DNA of 64,000 nt from Escherichia phage phiE142. Position 1 is the first letter of the stretch, and every line of letters starts with the position of its first letter. The stretch is taken from sequence record NC_055709.1; one strand, written 5' to 3'. Shown here piece by piece: positions 10,087 through 18,950 of the stretch. The position numbers and the translations under genes are program-made. The notes under the pieces were generated by a model. It saw only the letters and a program-made list of their open reading frames with translations. It did no database searches and had not been told where the DNA came from.

Positions 10087-10305
10087 TTATTTGCGATGAG
10101 ATTTTTTGGTAAGAGGTTGAAAGAACACTGCTTTACCAGCAGGAGTCAAAGTGACTCGTAATGCATTACCGATTCCCAAGGATGCTTTAACCAGACCTTT
10201 AGATTTCAGTTCACCGAATGCTTGTCGTTGGTCTGCATCACGAGTGTTAACCATAAGTCCTTTATCACCAGCTTCACGAATCATTTCTAACATTTTGGTT
10301 TTCAT
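10087..10305 (-). CDS. hypothetical small protein (72 aa)
   Basis: ORF only. Confidence 0.4.
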   Translation of the reverse strand: MKTKMLEMIREAGDKGLMVNTRDADQRQAFGELKSKGLVKASLGIGNALRVTLTPAGKAVFFQPLTKKSHRK

Positions 10306-10392
10306 TTTGTTTTCTCCTCTTGTTTTGATAGGTCTATAATAACATATCCTAAAAGCATGTACACTACTTTTTAAAAATATTTTGACCCCCTA

Positions 10393-10410
10393 AAGGGCCC
10401 GAAGGCCCTT
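10393..10410 (-). terminator. GC-rich stem-loop downstream of 10412..11398
   Basis: aagggcc-cgaa-ggccctt hairpin; short U tract, so weak as an intrinsic terminator. Confidence 0.4.
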
Positions 10411-10411
10411 A

Positions 10412-11398
10412 TCATTTATAGTATGAATTGTGATTTTCTAAGTAGACTTGCTCAAGGAAGTCATCCCAGAAACTCATATCTACTTTTTGCTGCATACCGT
10501 TCTTAGCAGCTTGTTCTGCCGCATGTTCAACTTGGTCAACGATATCTTCTAAGAATTCTTGTACGGTTTTAAACGTATGTTTACCAAGCTTAACATCGAG
10601 AATAAATGGAGCATCCTGAAGCGGGTAAACCAGGTCGCCGGTTTTGTAAATTTCTAAGAGCTGAAGTCCACCACGGCACGCGTGACTCAATGCTTTCCAA
10701 TCAATACCTTCATTGGCTTCTGCCTTACGAGCACGTTCACCGTAGTTCTCTTCAAGTTTAACCAGGATGGCATTGAACTCTTTGTTAGTTAACGTATCTT
10801 GGAATTTACGGTCTAACAGACTATAGAATGTTTGCTTACCTGTTTTCTCGTTTTCAGTTTCAACCCATGAAGCAAATTCACTTACAGGCAGAACATTCTT
10901 CATATGTGATAAACGAATTACTGCACCATTATCAAAGTATTGTCCCCATTCATTAGAACGTTTAAGGGCTTGACGAAGAACAGCCAGTCGAGAACCCTTG
11001 ACGCCATATTTAGAAGCTTGCTTACGGACATACCCTAAATAAGATTTCATGTTAGTGGTATAGAAACGAGACCTGTTGTCTTGAATATACTTCCATACAT
11101 CAGGCAAATCAGATTTAACTACTAGACTTTGTGGAGTGTGAAGCATATCTAATGCGACGGTTTCACCGTCTGCAGCTAGTTTAAAGAAATATTTGAGACT
11201 ATACAACTCATGATCCACGTCGTCTTTTGTGTTCTTAGAAGCAGTGTTATTCGTGTTCTTGCTCATGTGTTCTTTAACGTTACCGGTCAAGATATCACGA
11301 GCATGAGGGACATAAATTTCTTTAAAATCGACGTCAGATTCAGGAGTAGACGTTCCATAAAGGTGGCTACCAAAGTAAGCCTTAACAATCGTTTTCAT
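10412..11398 (-). CDS. Pol-beta superfamily nucleotidyltransferase-fold protein (328 aa)
   Basis: N-terminal FGSHLYGTSTPESDVDF fits the GS-x(9-13)-D-x-D NTase signature; candidate third acidic residue in ALDMLH. Confidence 0.55.
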   Translation of the reverse strand: MKTIVKAYFGSHLYGTSTPESDVDFKEIYVPHARDILTGNVKEHMSKNTNNTASKNTKDDVDHELYSLKYFFKLAADGETVALDMLHTPQSLVVKSDLPDVWKYIQDNRSRFYTTNMKSYLGYVRKQASKYGVKGSRLAVLRQALKRSNEWGQYFDNGAVIRLSHMKNVLPVSEFASWVETENEKTGKQTFYSLLDRKFQDTLTNKEFNAILVKLEENYGERARKAEANEGIDWKALSHACRGGLQLLEIYKTGDLVYPLQDAPFILDVKLGKHTFKTVQEFLEDIVDQVEHAAEQAAKNGMQQKVDMSFWDDFLEQVYLENHNSYYK

Positions 11399-11871
11399 TA
11401 TTTAGCCTTATATTCAAGAGTAGGACAGACTTTTTCTTTACGAGCTTTAAGGTATTCACCTATTAATGATTTCTTACGTTCAATAGGCTCAAGTCCATTT
11501 TTAATTCGTTCTTGGTTTTGTGCAATGAGCTCAACTTCTTTATAATACTTCCGCTCTCTGTATAAGTCGATTAGCCACGGTATGCCTAATACTAAAACTA
11601 TAGAAATACCAACACATAATGCAATGAATAAAACACCTACACCAATTGAGGCCGGAACCAATGTCCATAAACTACTAAAGACAAAGAATTTAGTTAAAAT
11701 TTCCTGGCCAATGATTGTGACTGCTGCTAAAATCGCAAATCCAATAATTGAAGCAGCCAATACCGGGATTAACGTTTTCCAAAAATAAGCACACAACGTT
11801 TTCGGACGATTCCATGTACTATTGAACGCGGCATAAATTTTAAAGTGCCAAGAGTTTTCATTGATAATCAT
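11398..11871 (-). CDS. hypothetical integral membrane protein (157 aa)
   Basis: three predicted TM helices, basic C-terminal tail. Confidence 0.5.
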   Translation of the reverse strand: MIINENSWHFKIYAAFNSTWNRPKTLCAYFWKTLIPVLAASIIGFAILAAVTIIGQEILTKFFVFSSLWTLVPASIGVGVLFIALCVGISIVLVLGIPWLIDLYRERKYYKEVELIAQNQERIKNGLEPIERKKSLIGEYLKARKEKVCPTLEYKAK

Positions 11872-11880
11872 AATAATTCC

Positions 11881-12423
11881 TTATTTCAAAGTTGGGATAA
11901 TGGAATCGAGATAAGCTTTAAGAGCTACAGCTTCGTCTTTGGTAAATGTAGTAACATGTGAACGTAAATCATCATTTTGGCGAATAGTTACTACATCACC
12001 ATCTTCATAAGAATTCATGACAGCCAAAGTCGTGGTATAGTTTGGAGCTATTGGATTAATAATGTAAGCACCACGACTGATACCCCATTTAAGTTTAGCC
12101 TTTTCAGGTGGTTCGGATTCCAAGAATTCTTTCACCTTAGCAACGAATGTTTTCCAGTTATCGATAGAAAGGCATTTGTCTTCAGTTTCGATATTAGCAC
12201 CGTTATAAAGCCCATGATAAAAACGAGCCTGAAGGTCTCCACCAATATTAATTGCCGATGCATGACCAGGCGGATTGAGTTTCAAAATCTCGTCTAGTTC
12301 CATAGGACAAATAGTAATACCATCATCTTCCTGAGTCAGAACGTATACATTACCACGTTTTTCGATAGTCAAATCACCGAACAGTTCGGTTGTTTCAATT
12401 ACAGTTTTCATATTATTCACCAA
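11881..12423 (-). CDS. hypothetical protein (180 aa)
   Basis: ORF; no HNH or GIY-YIG motif (T4 has homing endonuclease mobD near here). Confidence 0.5.
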   Translation of the reverse strand: MVNNMKTVIETTELFGDLTIEKRGNVYVLTQEDDGITICPMELDEILKLNPPGHASAINIGGDLQARFYHGLYNGANIETEDKCLSIDNWKTFVAKVKEFLESEPPEKAKLKWGISRGAYIINPIAPNYTTTLAVMNSYEDGDVVTIRQNDDLRSHVTTFTKDEAVALKAYLDSIIPTLK

Positions 12424-12756
12424 TTAAAGTTTCAACAAAATTCACCAAATCATTCTGACGAGCATCAACTTGTTTTTCATAAAAGTCTCCATAGTCATTT
12501 ACTGCATGATAAGCTACATCATTTAAATCTGAATCAGCTTCACGTAAGTCATGGATAAGGTCCATCAATTTATTAGCTTGTTCGCGTGTCATTTTACCAT
12601 ACTCGCTTCAATAAGATTCACTATGCCGTTTACCATGTTATAAGTAAACATCGGATAATTGTATTGTACTACAACATAAGCGATAAGCAAAAGTTTCATT
12701 TTGTTCTCCGTTCGTTTTGGTAGGACTACTATAACATAATCCTACCAAGATGTAAA

Positions 12757-12990
12757 CTACCGATTGTGTTTTAAATGTTGATAAAGTTCTTCAACTTGTT
12801 TAGGGTCCAAAACAATTAGGTCATTTTCTTGACGAAGATAAATCCATCCCTTATCCCCAGGTCCATTTTTACAAAACATCACCACCGTATCATCATCTTC
12901 AGCGCTTTCAGGTAAAAGTTCAAGTACACCGTCTTCAGATTTTCCAGTATAATCGTAAAGCATAATATCCTCACATAATCTCGTTAACAT
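12757..12990 (-). CDS. hypothetical protein (77 aa)
   Basis: ORF only. Confidence 0.4.
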   Translation of the reverse strand: MLTRLCEDIMLYDYTGKSEDGVLELLPESAEDDDTVVMFCKNGPGDKGWIYLRQENDLIVLDPKQVEELYQHLKHNR

Positions 12991-13150
12991 ACATTTGCAA
13001 TTCGGTGTGGGCTTCGGCCATCTTTTTCATAGCTCTGTTAATGTCGATGTCTCCATCTTCGCAACCATGAGCATTTTCCCAATCAGATACCGCATTAGCG
13101 TACTCTTCAATCAAAAACATCAACTTAGAAATCTTTTCTTTACGTGTCAT
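12971..13150 (-). CDS. hypothetical small protein
   Basis: start moved to internal ATG preceded by GAGGAG RBS and early promoter at 13165-13205. Confidence 0.4.
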   Translation of the reverse strand: MTRKEKISKLMFLIEEYANAVSDWENAHGCEDGDIDINRAMKKMAEAHTELQMYVNEIM

Positions 13151-13216
13151 AGCGTTCTCCTCTAGTAAGTAAGGTTTACTATAACACAACCTGAGGAGAA
13201 GTAAACTGATAGATGC

Positions 13217-13245
13217 CAAAAAGCCCCAACCATAAGGAAGGGGCT
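13217..13245 (-). terminator. intrinsic terminator downstream of rI
   Basis: hairpin agcccc...ggggct followed by U-run on the minus strand. Confidence 0.55.
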
Positions 13246-13251
13246 AGTAAA

Positions 13252-13554
13252 TTAGATAGATGTAGGCTCTAATTTTATTTTCATGAACTCGGCAAATTGT
13301 CTGGCAGTTTTTATGCCTTGTTCATGACATTCAAATGCATCATCACAGAGGCTATTTTTGTAATGCTTTGCCATATACTTATAGAATTTTTCAGAATTCT
13401 CAACATTTTGAATTTCGAACAAAGTATATACGTTTTTAATCCCTGATTCCATAAAGTTATCAAAGTATGGGTCAACATATGCAGTACCAACGATAGGAGT
13501 TGTTGCTGCAAAAAACCCTAGCATCGCCATGACAGCTATCGCTCTTAAGGCCAT
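13252..13554 (-). CDS. rI: lysis inhibition regulator (antiholin)
   Basis: 100 aa with N-terminal signal-anchor; VDPYFDNFMESGIKNVYTLFE and C-terminal KIKLE match T4 RI. Confidence 0.85.
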   Translation of the reverse strand: MALRAIAVMAMLGFFAATTPIVGTAYVDPYFDNFMESGIKNVYTLFEIQNVENSEKFYKYMAKHYKNSLCDDAFECHEQGIKTARQFAEFMKIKLEPTSI

Positions 13555-13566
13555 ATAGGCCTCCTG

Positions 13567-13779
13567 TTAATTTTGGCCAGTATTTATTTTTCGCCTTTGG
13601 ACGGCCTTAACATCTGTGAGGTATTTTTCCAGCTTGCGCTTGCGTGTATAATCAGCTTTAGAACCAGTTTGACGGATATCCTCGTTTAAATGAGAAATAG
13701 AATGTCCTAATTCTCTTCGGATTTCATCCAATTGGGTTACAGTAAGATTACGAAGTTGTCTTTCGTTTAATTGCTGCAT
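13567..13779 (-). CDS. hypothetical protein (70 aa)
   Basis: ORF only. Confidence 0.45.
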   Translation of the reverse strand: MQQLNERQLRNLTVTQLDEIRRELGHSISHLNEDIRQTGSKADYTRKRKLEKYLTDVKAVQRRKINTGQN

Positions 13780-13806
13780 ATATACCTCTTGGTTAGATAT
13801 TAGTAT

Positions 13807-14388
13807 TTATAACAACCCTGTCAAATCATTCCAATGCTTCCGGCATAATGACACGTATCTATCGGTATCACCAATTTCAATTTGACTGCCATCTGTAATT
13901 GGAAGTCCGTCTTCCGTGACTCTAGCTACCATTGTGGCCTTTTTACCACAATGACAGACACCTTTAAGTTCAACAAGCTTATCGGCAATAGCCATTAATG
14001 CTTGAGAACCTTCAAATAGATTACCTTTAAAATCTGTTCGTAGTCCGTATGCCATTACCGGCACATTGTATACGTCAACAATACGACTAAGTTGATACAC
14101 CTTTTCAGTAGTTAAGAACTGAGCTTCGTCAACAAATACACAGTGAATATCCTTTTGTGCTGCAGCCCATTTATAAAATTCAAAGATATCCATGTCTTTT
14201 GTAATTATATTGGCATCCTGACGAATACCAATACGAGAGACTATTTCACCTTTTGAATCGCGAGTATCAATAGCCGGTTTAAGAACTAATACACCCATGC
14301 CACGTTCTTTATAGTTATGTGCGGCAGTAAGTAATGAAGCAGACTTACCAGCGTTCATAGCGGCATAGGTAAAAATTAAACTAGCCAT
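13807..14388 (-). CDS. tk: thymidine kinase
   Basis: 193 aa; P-loop NAGKSASLL and Zn-binding CHCGKKA motif. Confidence 0.9.
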   Translation of the reverse strand: MASLIFTYAAMNAGKSASLLTAAHNYKERGMGVLVLKPAIDTRDSKGEIVSRIGIRQDANIITKDMDIFEFYKWAAAQKDIHCVFVDEAQFLTTEKVYQLSRIVDVYNVPVMAYGLRTDFKGNLFEGSQALMAIADKLVELKGVCHCGKKATMVARVTEDGLPITDGSQIEIGDTDRYVSLCRKHWNDLTGLL

Positions 14389-14397
14389 AAGAGTCCC

Positions 14398-14580
14398 TTA
14401 TAGTGAATTCACGTAGTCAATGAGTTCTTGTTCTTTCCTGTCAAATGATTCCATCAATGCTTGATATTCTTCGTCTGTTAAAGGAGCATATTCATCGTAC
14501 GCATTGGTGGCTGCTTGCTCATCCAATAGGTCATGGATAAGTTCGAACAGTTTAGTTTTCTCTTCTTTAGTCAATTTCAT
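14398..14580 (-). CDS. hypothetical acidic small protein
   Basis: ORF only. Confidence 0.4.
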   Translation of the reverse strand: MKLTKEEKTKLFELIHDLLDEQAATNAYDEYAPLTDEEYQALMESFDRKEQELIDYVNSL

Positions 14581-14804
14581 TTAGGTTCACCTTCTTTAAC
14601 GAAATCTGGGTAAGGGTAAAATCCTGAGTAAAACCCTTCACCTTTATGATTGCTACAACCTTTGTTCGAACAGTAACACCAATAATCAAAATCACAAGCC
14701 ATTTCGTCATTGCATAAAGCAAAAACTACAGGCCATTCGCATTTTTCGCATTTAGCACCTGTAAGAATTTTTGTTTGGCTCATAACCATTTGACCTGCAT
14801 GCAA
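14577..14804 (-). CDS. hypothetical Cys-rich small protein
   Basis: multiple CxxC-like pairs. Confidence 0.4.
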   Translation of the reverse strand: MHAGQMVMSQTKILTGAKCEKCEWPVVFALCNDEMACDFDYWCYCSNKGCSNHKGEGFYSGFYPYPDFVKEGEPK

Positions 14805-15007
14805 TATTCTTCGACATGCTTTTTACGACCTTTCTTATCAATAAAGGTATATTCCATAAAGCGTCCATGATAACGACGTTCAACATCGTGAGGGGTGTTA
14901 ATAGGACACTTAGTCTGACGAATTTCTTCCCATTCACGAATAATAACTGCTTTATTCTTTGGGTCATACGGGTGAGGATAATGCACATTCATAACAATGG
15001 TTCCCAA
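14780..15007 (-). CDS. hypothetical protein (75 aa)
   Basis: preferred over the overlapping same-strand ORF 14752..14988 on composition. Confidence 0.4.
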   Translation of the reverse strand: MGTIVMNVHYPHPYDPKNKAVIIREWEEIRQTKCPINTPHDVERRYHGRFMEYTFIDKKGRKKHVEEYCMQVKWL

Positions 15008-15456
15008 TCAACAATCACAATTTCTAGTTTAGTGGAATATGTATCAAGAATTTCTTCAATGATATCCCAGTTTCCACCACCTATACCTGCTCCAATTCTT
15101 GGCATGTAAATCACAGGCTTTGTTATCTTATTTTTTCCGAATTCATTTAATTCTATTATACAATTCATTAAAGCAGAGTACTCAAAATTAGGTCCCGGCT
15201 CAAACTGAGTATAAAGATTAAAGCAATAAGCTTTATGAGTCTTAAAATATTTTTCATAAACCGAATAAGTCCCAAGTTTAGACTCGTCTCCGAATTCAGT
15301 TTGAAGTTTATCGGCTTCCAGAATTTTTGGATAAGCCTTTGCCAATTGACCTGCTACACCGGCGCCCATTGTATGAAAACAATTGCACCCATGAGCAATA
15401 TTATTACCTTTAGAAAACAGGGCGACAATATCGCCCTTGATATAGTTTTTAATCAC
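14989..15456 (-). CDS. macro-domain-like protein (155 aa)
   Basis: KGDIVALFSKGNNIAHGCNCFHTMGAGVAGQ and MPRIGAGIGGGNW resemble the two glycine-rich ADP-ribose-binding loops of macro domains. Confidence 0.55.
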   Translation of the reverse strand: MIKNYIKGDIVALFSKGNNIAHGCNCFHTMGAGVAGQLAKAYPKILEADKLQTEFGDESKLGTYSVYEKYFKTHKAYCFNLYTQFEPGPNFEYSALMNCIIELNEFGKNKITKPVIYMPRIGAGIGGGNWDIIEEILDTYSTKLEIVIVDWEPLL

Positions 15457-15796
15457 TTGCTACAAGTCCTCTAGTATAAGAGTCAACTAGACGGTCCACC
15501 ATAGAATTGCATGCTGCCTTATCTTTAGGTTCCGCCACCGAGCATTCTAATATTTGCCATTTTTTATGATATCGTTTAATTAAGGTAGACGCCTTGAACC
15601 TACTAGACGCCCCATCTTTTTCTCCGTCTTTATACGCATATAACAATTTTTGTGAAAAATCTACTTTACACTCTTGACTTTTACCACAGTAATCAGACGC
15701 CGTTCTGTTTGTATACTCCGTTACATCAGTATATGTAGTATTAGCAAGAGCGTTAAATGAAACCAAGCTAACTATTAAAGCCAACATTTTGGTCAT
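15449..15796 (-). CDS. secreted Cys-containing protein (115 aa)
   Basis: Sec-type signal peptide MTKMLALIVSLVSFNALA plus 4 Cys. Confidence 0.5.
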   Translation of the reverse strand: MTKMLALIVSLVSFNALANTTYTDVTEYTNRTASDYCGKSQECKVDFSQKLLYAYKDGEKDGASSRFKASTLIKRYHKKWQILECSVAEPKDKAACNSMVDRLVDSYTRGLVASD

Positions 15797-16335
15797 TCTT
15801 TTATTTCCAGTAGTTTATTTGATTTAAGGTAATTAGCCTTTTCTAGGACTTCAGAAGCATATTTACTTCCAGCACTTGTCTTCCATCCCGCATTATATGA
15901 GGATATAGCTTTTCTTATATCCCCGTTATGTATATTTAACCAATAAGAAAATTCGATATAAGCCCATCTGGCTGAATTAGACCGCTTAGATAGCATTTTC
16001 TTAATTTGGGCATCAGTCATATTATAACCAAGCTGGTTAATTCTTGCCCTCATTGTTGGTAGATAGTTTTGGAACATTCCATACGCATGGTGACCTTTCT
16101 TATCTTTAAGATTAATACCGGCAGATGATTCTTGCCATAGTATTGCGGCCATTATGTATCCAAGTCCTTTCTTATGCATATTTTCATGCGTTTTAAATTT
16201 TCCGTCCTTAGAAAACTGTTCCCCAAACTGATAAGCATAATTTAAGTTATCGAGTTGGACATTACTAAAAGTATGCTCGGAGCTATGTGCTGATAATGAA
16301 AGAGCAAATAGACCAGCGAGTAGTGCTTTTCTCAT
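15793..16335 (-). CDS. periplasmic SLT-domain lytic transglycosylase (180 aa)
   Basis: signal peptide MRKALLAGLFALSLSAHS; SLT motifs WQESSAG, YGMFQ, SYNAGW. Confidence 0.7.
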   Translation of the reverse strand: MRKALLAGLFALSLSAHSSEHTFSNVQLDNLNYAYQFGEQFSKDGKFKTHENMHKKGLGYIMAAILWQESSAGINLKDKKGHHAYGMFQNYLPTMRARINQLGYNMTDAQIKKMLSKRSNSARWAYIEFSYWLNIHNGDIRKAISSYNAGWKTSAGSKYASEVLEKANYLKSNKLLEIKE

Positions 16336-16343
16336 GTTTACCT

Positions 16344-16802
16344 CTAGATTTTAATCACTGCTTTAGAAGCTTTTCCTGGTAGTCGTTTACTGTTAATAAT
16401 AGCCATTCTACATTGAAGAGTCTTCATTTTGAATGCCGGATTTTCACGACAAACTGTAAGGCCTAACCAAAGATTTCCATCAGTTATTTCTAAACGGCCT
16501 GGGCGGTATTCGACACCTTCGACAAAATCTTCGTCAACATCTGGACGTGCAGGCATTGATAAAAATTCTGCAACTTCTTTAACGTGATTTTTTACTTTAC
16601 GAAATAATTCAAAAACGTAATTCTCATCTATTTCTCTCTGGATGGCACGATCTAAGAGATGTTGAGAATACTTGATATGAAAGCCTGGTAGTCCAAGAGA
16701 CTCTGCAGCATCTTTTATACCGGCATTGATTTGACGAAACTCCGTTTCAAAGATTCGACGGAGTTTATTGCGACGGATAAAAACTTCCGAATTGATAGTC
16801 AT
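16344..16802 (-). CDS. regB: sequence-specific endoribonuclease RegB
   Basis: 152 aa; MTINSEVFIRRNKLRR...YSQHLLDRAIQREIDE...GRLEITDGNLWLG matches T4 RegB. Confidence 0.85.
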   Translation of the reverse strand: MTINSEVFIRRNKLRRIFETEFRQINAGIKDAAESLGLPGFHIKYSQHLLDRAIQREIDENYVFELFRKVKNHVKEVAEFLSMPARPDVDEDFVEGVEYRPGRLEITDGNLWLGLTVCRENPAFKMKTLQCRMAIINSKRLPGKASKAVIKI

Positions 16803-16809
16803 TTTTATT

Positions 16810-16860
16810 TCTCCTCTAGTTGACAGGTCTATAGTAACACAACTAGAGGAGAAGTAAACT
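16810..16860 (-). promoter_or_regulatory. early promoter flanked by a 10-bp inverted repeat complementary to the regB RBS
   Basis: GTTTAC-N17-TACTAT on minus strand; ctcctctagt (16811-16820) is the reverse complement of actagaggag (16842-16851). Confidence 0.5.
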
Positions 16861-16863
16861 ACT

Positions 16864-17079
16864 TTATTGATAAAATGGAGTTAAAGCCCAAGATTCTTTA
16901 GATACTATATTAGCGAAATGCCTCATCTCTTCGATTTGGCGACGACGCTGGTCAGCATAATCTTCTTCGCCTTCTTCCTTACAATCTTCAAGGTCTTCTT
17001 CAAGATACTTTAAGTATTCACTACAAATTTTGTTAACCTTTTCTTGGAAGTCCAACAACCCAGTAATAGTAGAAGCCAT
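16864..17079 (-). CDS. hypothetical acidic protein (71 aa), vs.3 position
   Basis: ORF only. Confidence 0.4.
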   Translation of the reverse strand: MASTITGLLDFQEKVNKICSEYLKYLEEDLEDCKEEGEEDYADQRRRQIEEMRHFANIVSKESWALTPFYQ

Positions 17080-17345
17080 TAGTATTTTTCCTCAGGACGA
17101 AATACTGCACGACAGGCCCACATGCTGGCTTCTTTTAGATGTTGCTTAGCGTACTTAAGAGCCTGCACTGCATCCATATCTTCTTTGGTTTGATGCTCTG
17201 TTTCATTTTCTTTCAAGATATAGGCTTCTTCAATCAGAGCATCAAACATCAATCCAAGACGGACTTCTGCATCTTTAATAGCGTTCACTTTACCTATTTT
17301 ATCGTCGGTATGTGGCTTGTAGCCTTTAATATCTTCAATCGACAT
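17079..17345 (-). CDS. hypothetical protein at the T4 vs.4 position (possible Acb2-like sponge)
   Basis: 88 aa from internal ATG (MSIEDIKG...); assignment by gene order only. Confidence 0.35.
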   Translation of the reverse strand: MSIEDIKGYKPHTDDKIGKVNAIKDAEVRLGLMFDALIEEAYILKENETEHQTKEDMDAVQALKYAKQHLKEASMWACRAVFRPEEKY

Positions 17346-17559
17346 AAGGAATTTCCTCATCGGTGGCAAGGTCATATTCGACCAATTGGATAGGCTCATT
17401 AATACCATATCCACGTACAATGATATCAGTTGTCGGATAGTTTCCAGTAATATCACCCATTCTAAATGCTTCAGTGAATGATTGCTCGCCTGAGCAACTA
17501 AACCAGGCGGCAAAACATTTTAAAACATCTTCAGACCCTTCTATAATCAATTTAGCCAT
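17335..17559 (-). CDS. hypothetical protein (74 aa)
   Basis: ORF only. Confidence 0.4.
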   Translation of the reverse strand: MAKLIIEGSEDVLKCFAAWFSCSGEQSFTEAFRMGDITGNYPTTDIIVRGYGINEPIQLVEYDLATDEEIPYVD

Positions 17560-17921
17560 TATAGACTCTCAGTAAAGGTACGAGCGATAACGTCGCGCTG
17601 CTGTTCCGGAGTCAGAGAGTTAAAGCGAACTGCATAACCGGATACACGGATGGTCAGCTGCGGATATTTTTCCGGATGCTTAACTGCATCTTCCAGAGTT
17701 TCACGACGCAGAACGTTAACGTTCAGGTGTTGACCACCTTCAATTTTAACTTTAGGTTGATGTTCAATTTCAATTTCACGGGCATTCAAACCGTAGAAAA
17801 TTTCCGGGTCTACAATAGCGTCTTCTTTAAAAGTCTTAGAGACAATAATCCGGGCTTGAGTACCGTCTTCAAAATAAATAGTGCCTTTGTGTGTGCCTTC
17901 AAGAATTTGATATGCTTTCAT
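17559..17921 (-). CDS. autonomous glycyl-radical cofactor (GrcA/YfiD-like)
   Basis: C-terminal ~60 aa [59 protein letters not shown] essentially identical to E. coli GrcA as recalled; RVSGY glycyl-radical motif; T4 encodes a homolog (Y06I). Confidence 0.85.
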   Translation of the reverse strand: MKAYQILEGTHKGTIYFEDGTQARIIVSKTFKEDAIVDPEIFYGLNAREIEIEHQPKVKIEGGQHLNVNVLRRETLEDAVKHPEKYPQLTIRVSGYAVRFNSLTPEQQRDVIARTFTESL

Positions 17922-17927
17922 ATAACC

Positions 17928-18236
17928 TCAATTAGAAAATAAATTTATCCAAGTTTTTTCTTTAATCAAAAATGGGACGGAATTAAACGCCATTAAACTT
18001 TGAGTGATTAATCCCTTAAATGGCCCATCAATAAATTCCATTTTGAAATGTGGAATACTAGTCATCAACCGTGCATTAGGAGCAGTACAAAGAACCTGCT
18101 GCCCTGCGAACGGACCTTTAGTCAAACGATATCGTTTAGGTTTAAAATGGTAAATCTCGTAATTTTCTACAAGAGCCCTTTTATTGCATACTGGGCTGTT
18201 ATAACAATACTCAAAAACTTCAATAGTGGTCATCAT
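17928..18236 (-). CDS. hypothetical protein
   Basis: start placed at the ATG overlapping the upstream stop (ATGATGA). Confidence 0.4.
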   Translation of the reverse strand: MMTTIEVFEYCYNSPVCNKRALVENYEIYHFKPKRYRLTKGPFAGQQVLCTAPNARLMTSIPHFKMEFIDGPFKGLITQSLMAFNSVPFLIKEKTWINLFSN

Positions 18237-18772
18237 TGCATTCCAATCACAAAAAATTGAGGACGAGCAATACCACCGATGCAATATTTGCTTTTGCAAC
18301 AGTGTTGGACTGTTTTAATATGTATGTCGTAAATCTTATCCATATCAGGAGCTTTAATAGGCTCGTCAATTATATACAGAATACGAGAAAGCGTTAATCC
18401 ACGGAATTTAGAACCTTCATTGCCAATAAAACTACGAACAGAATCAGTAAATAAACGGAATCGAATATCATCGCTAGAATAACGAGAAAATTCTTTTTTA
18501 ATGTTGCCAACAGAAATTTTAGCATAAGCTGAAGTATTAGAAAGAACAATAACTGTTCCACCATCATACAGCCAATTAACAGCAAAATTAGTTACTGCGG
18601 TCGATTTACCTGATTGTCTGCCGCCGTCTAAACGAAGTGTACAGTACTGCTTGAGTACGTCTTCAAATAGTGGGGCATAACCGTTCTTACAAATTTCTTC
18701 TACTCTAGCATCAGAATGGTGTGTAAAAGCATTCATCAGGGATAGATAAGGTCCAGTTAAAAACGTTCTCAT
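18233..18772 (-). CDS. small P-loop NTPase (179 aa)
   Basis: Walker A GGRQSGKST; candidate Walker B LYIIDE. Confidence 0.5.
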   Translation of the reverse strand: MRTFLTGPYLSLMNAFTHHSDARVEEICKNGYAPLFEDVLKQYCTLRLDGGRQSGKSTAVTNFAVNWLYDGGTVIVLSNTSAYAKISVGNIKKEFSRYSSDDIRFRLFTDSVRSFIGNEGSKFRGLTLSRILYIIDEPIKAPDMDKIYDIHIKTVQHCCKSKYCIGGIARPQFFVIGMQ

Positions 18773-18950
18773 ATTATTTCTCTTAAGGTTTGGGCCGTTC
18801 CGTGGCGCATGAATTGTCCATTTCTGTATTTACCCATTACCGCACTTGGGCTCGACCTTATTACAGGTTGGCGGGAATCCCTCATAGAATCATGAGGTCC
18901 AGGTTGTTCTTATTTTATTTGAATGTAAATAGGCCTAAGTATAGGCCTTA

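Noticed and set aside
14752-14988. ORF 14752..14988 overlapping 14780..15007 on the same strand
   Set aside because: Only one of the two frames can be the gene; the 14780..15007 frame has more protein-like composition and a compact overlap with both neighbours.
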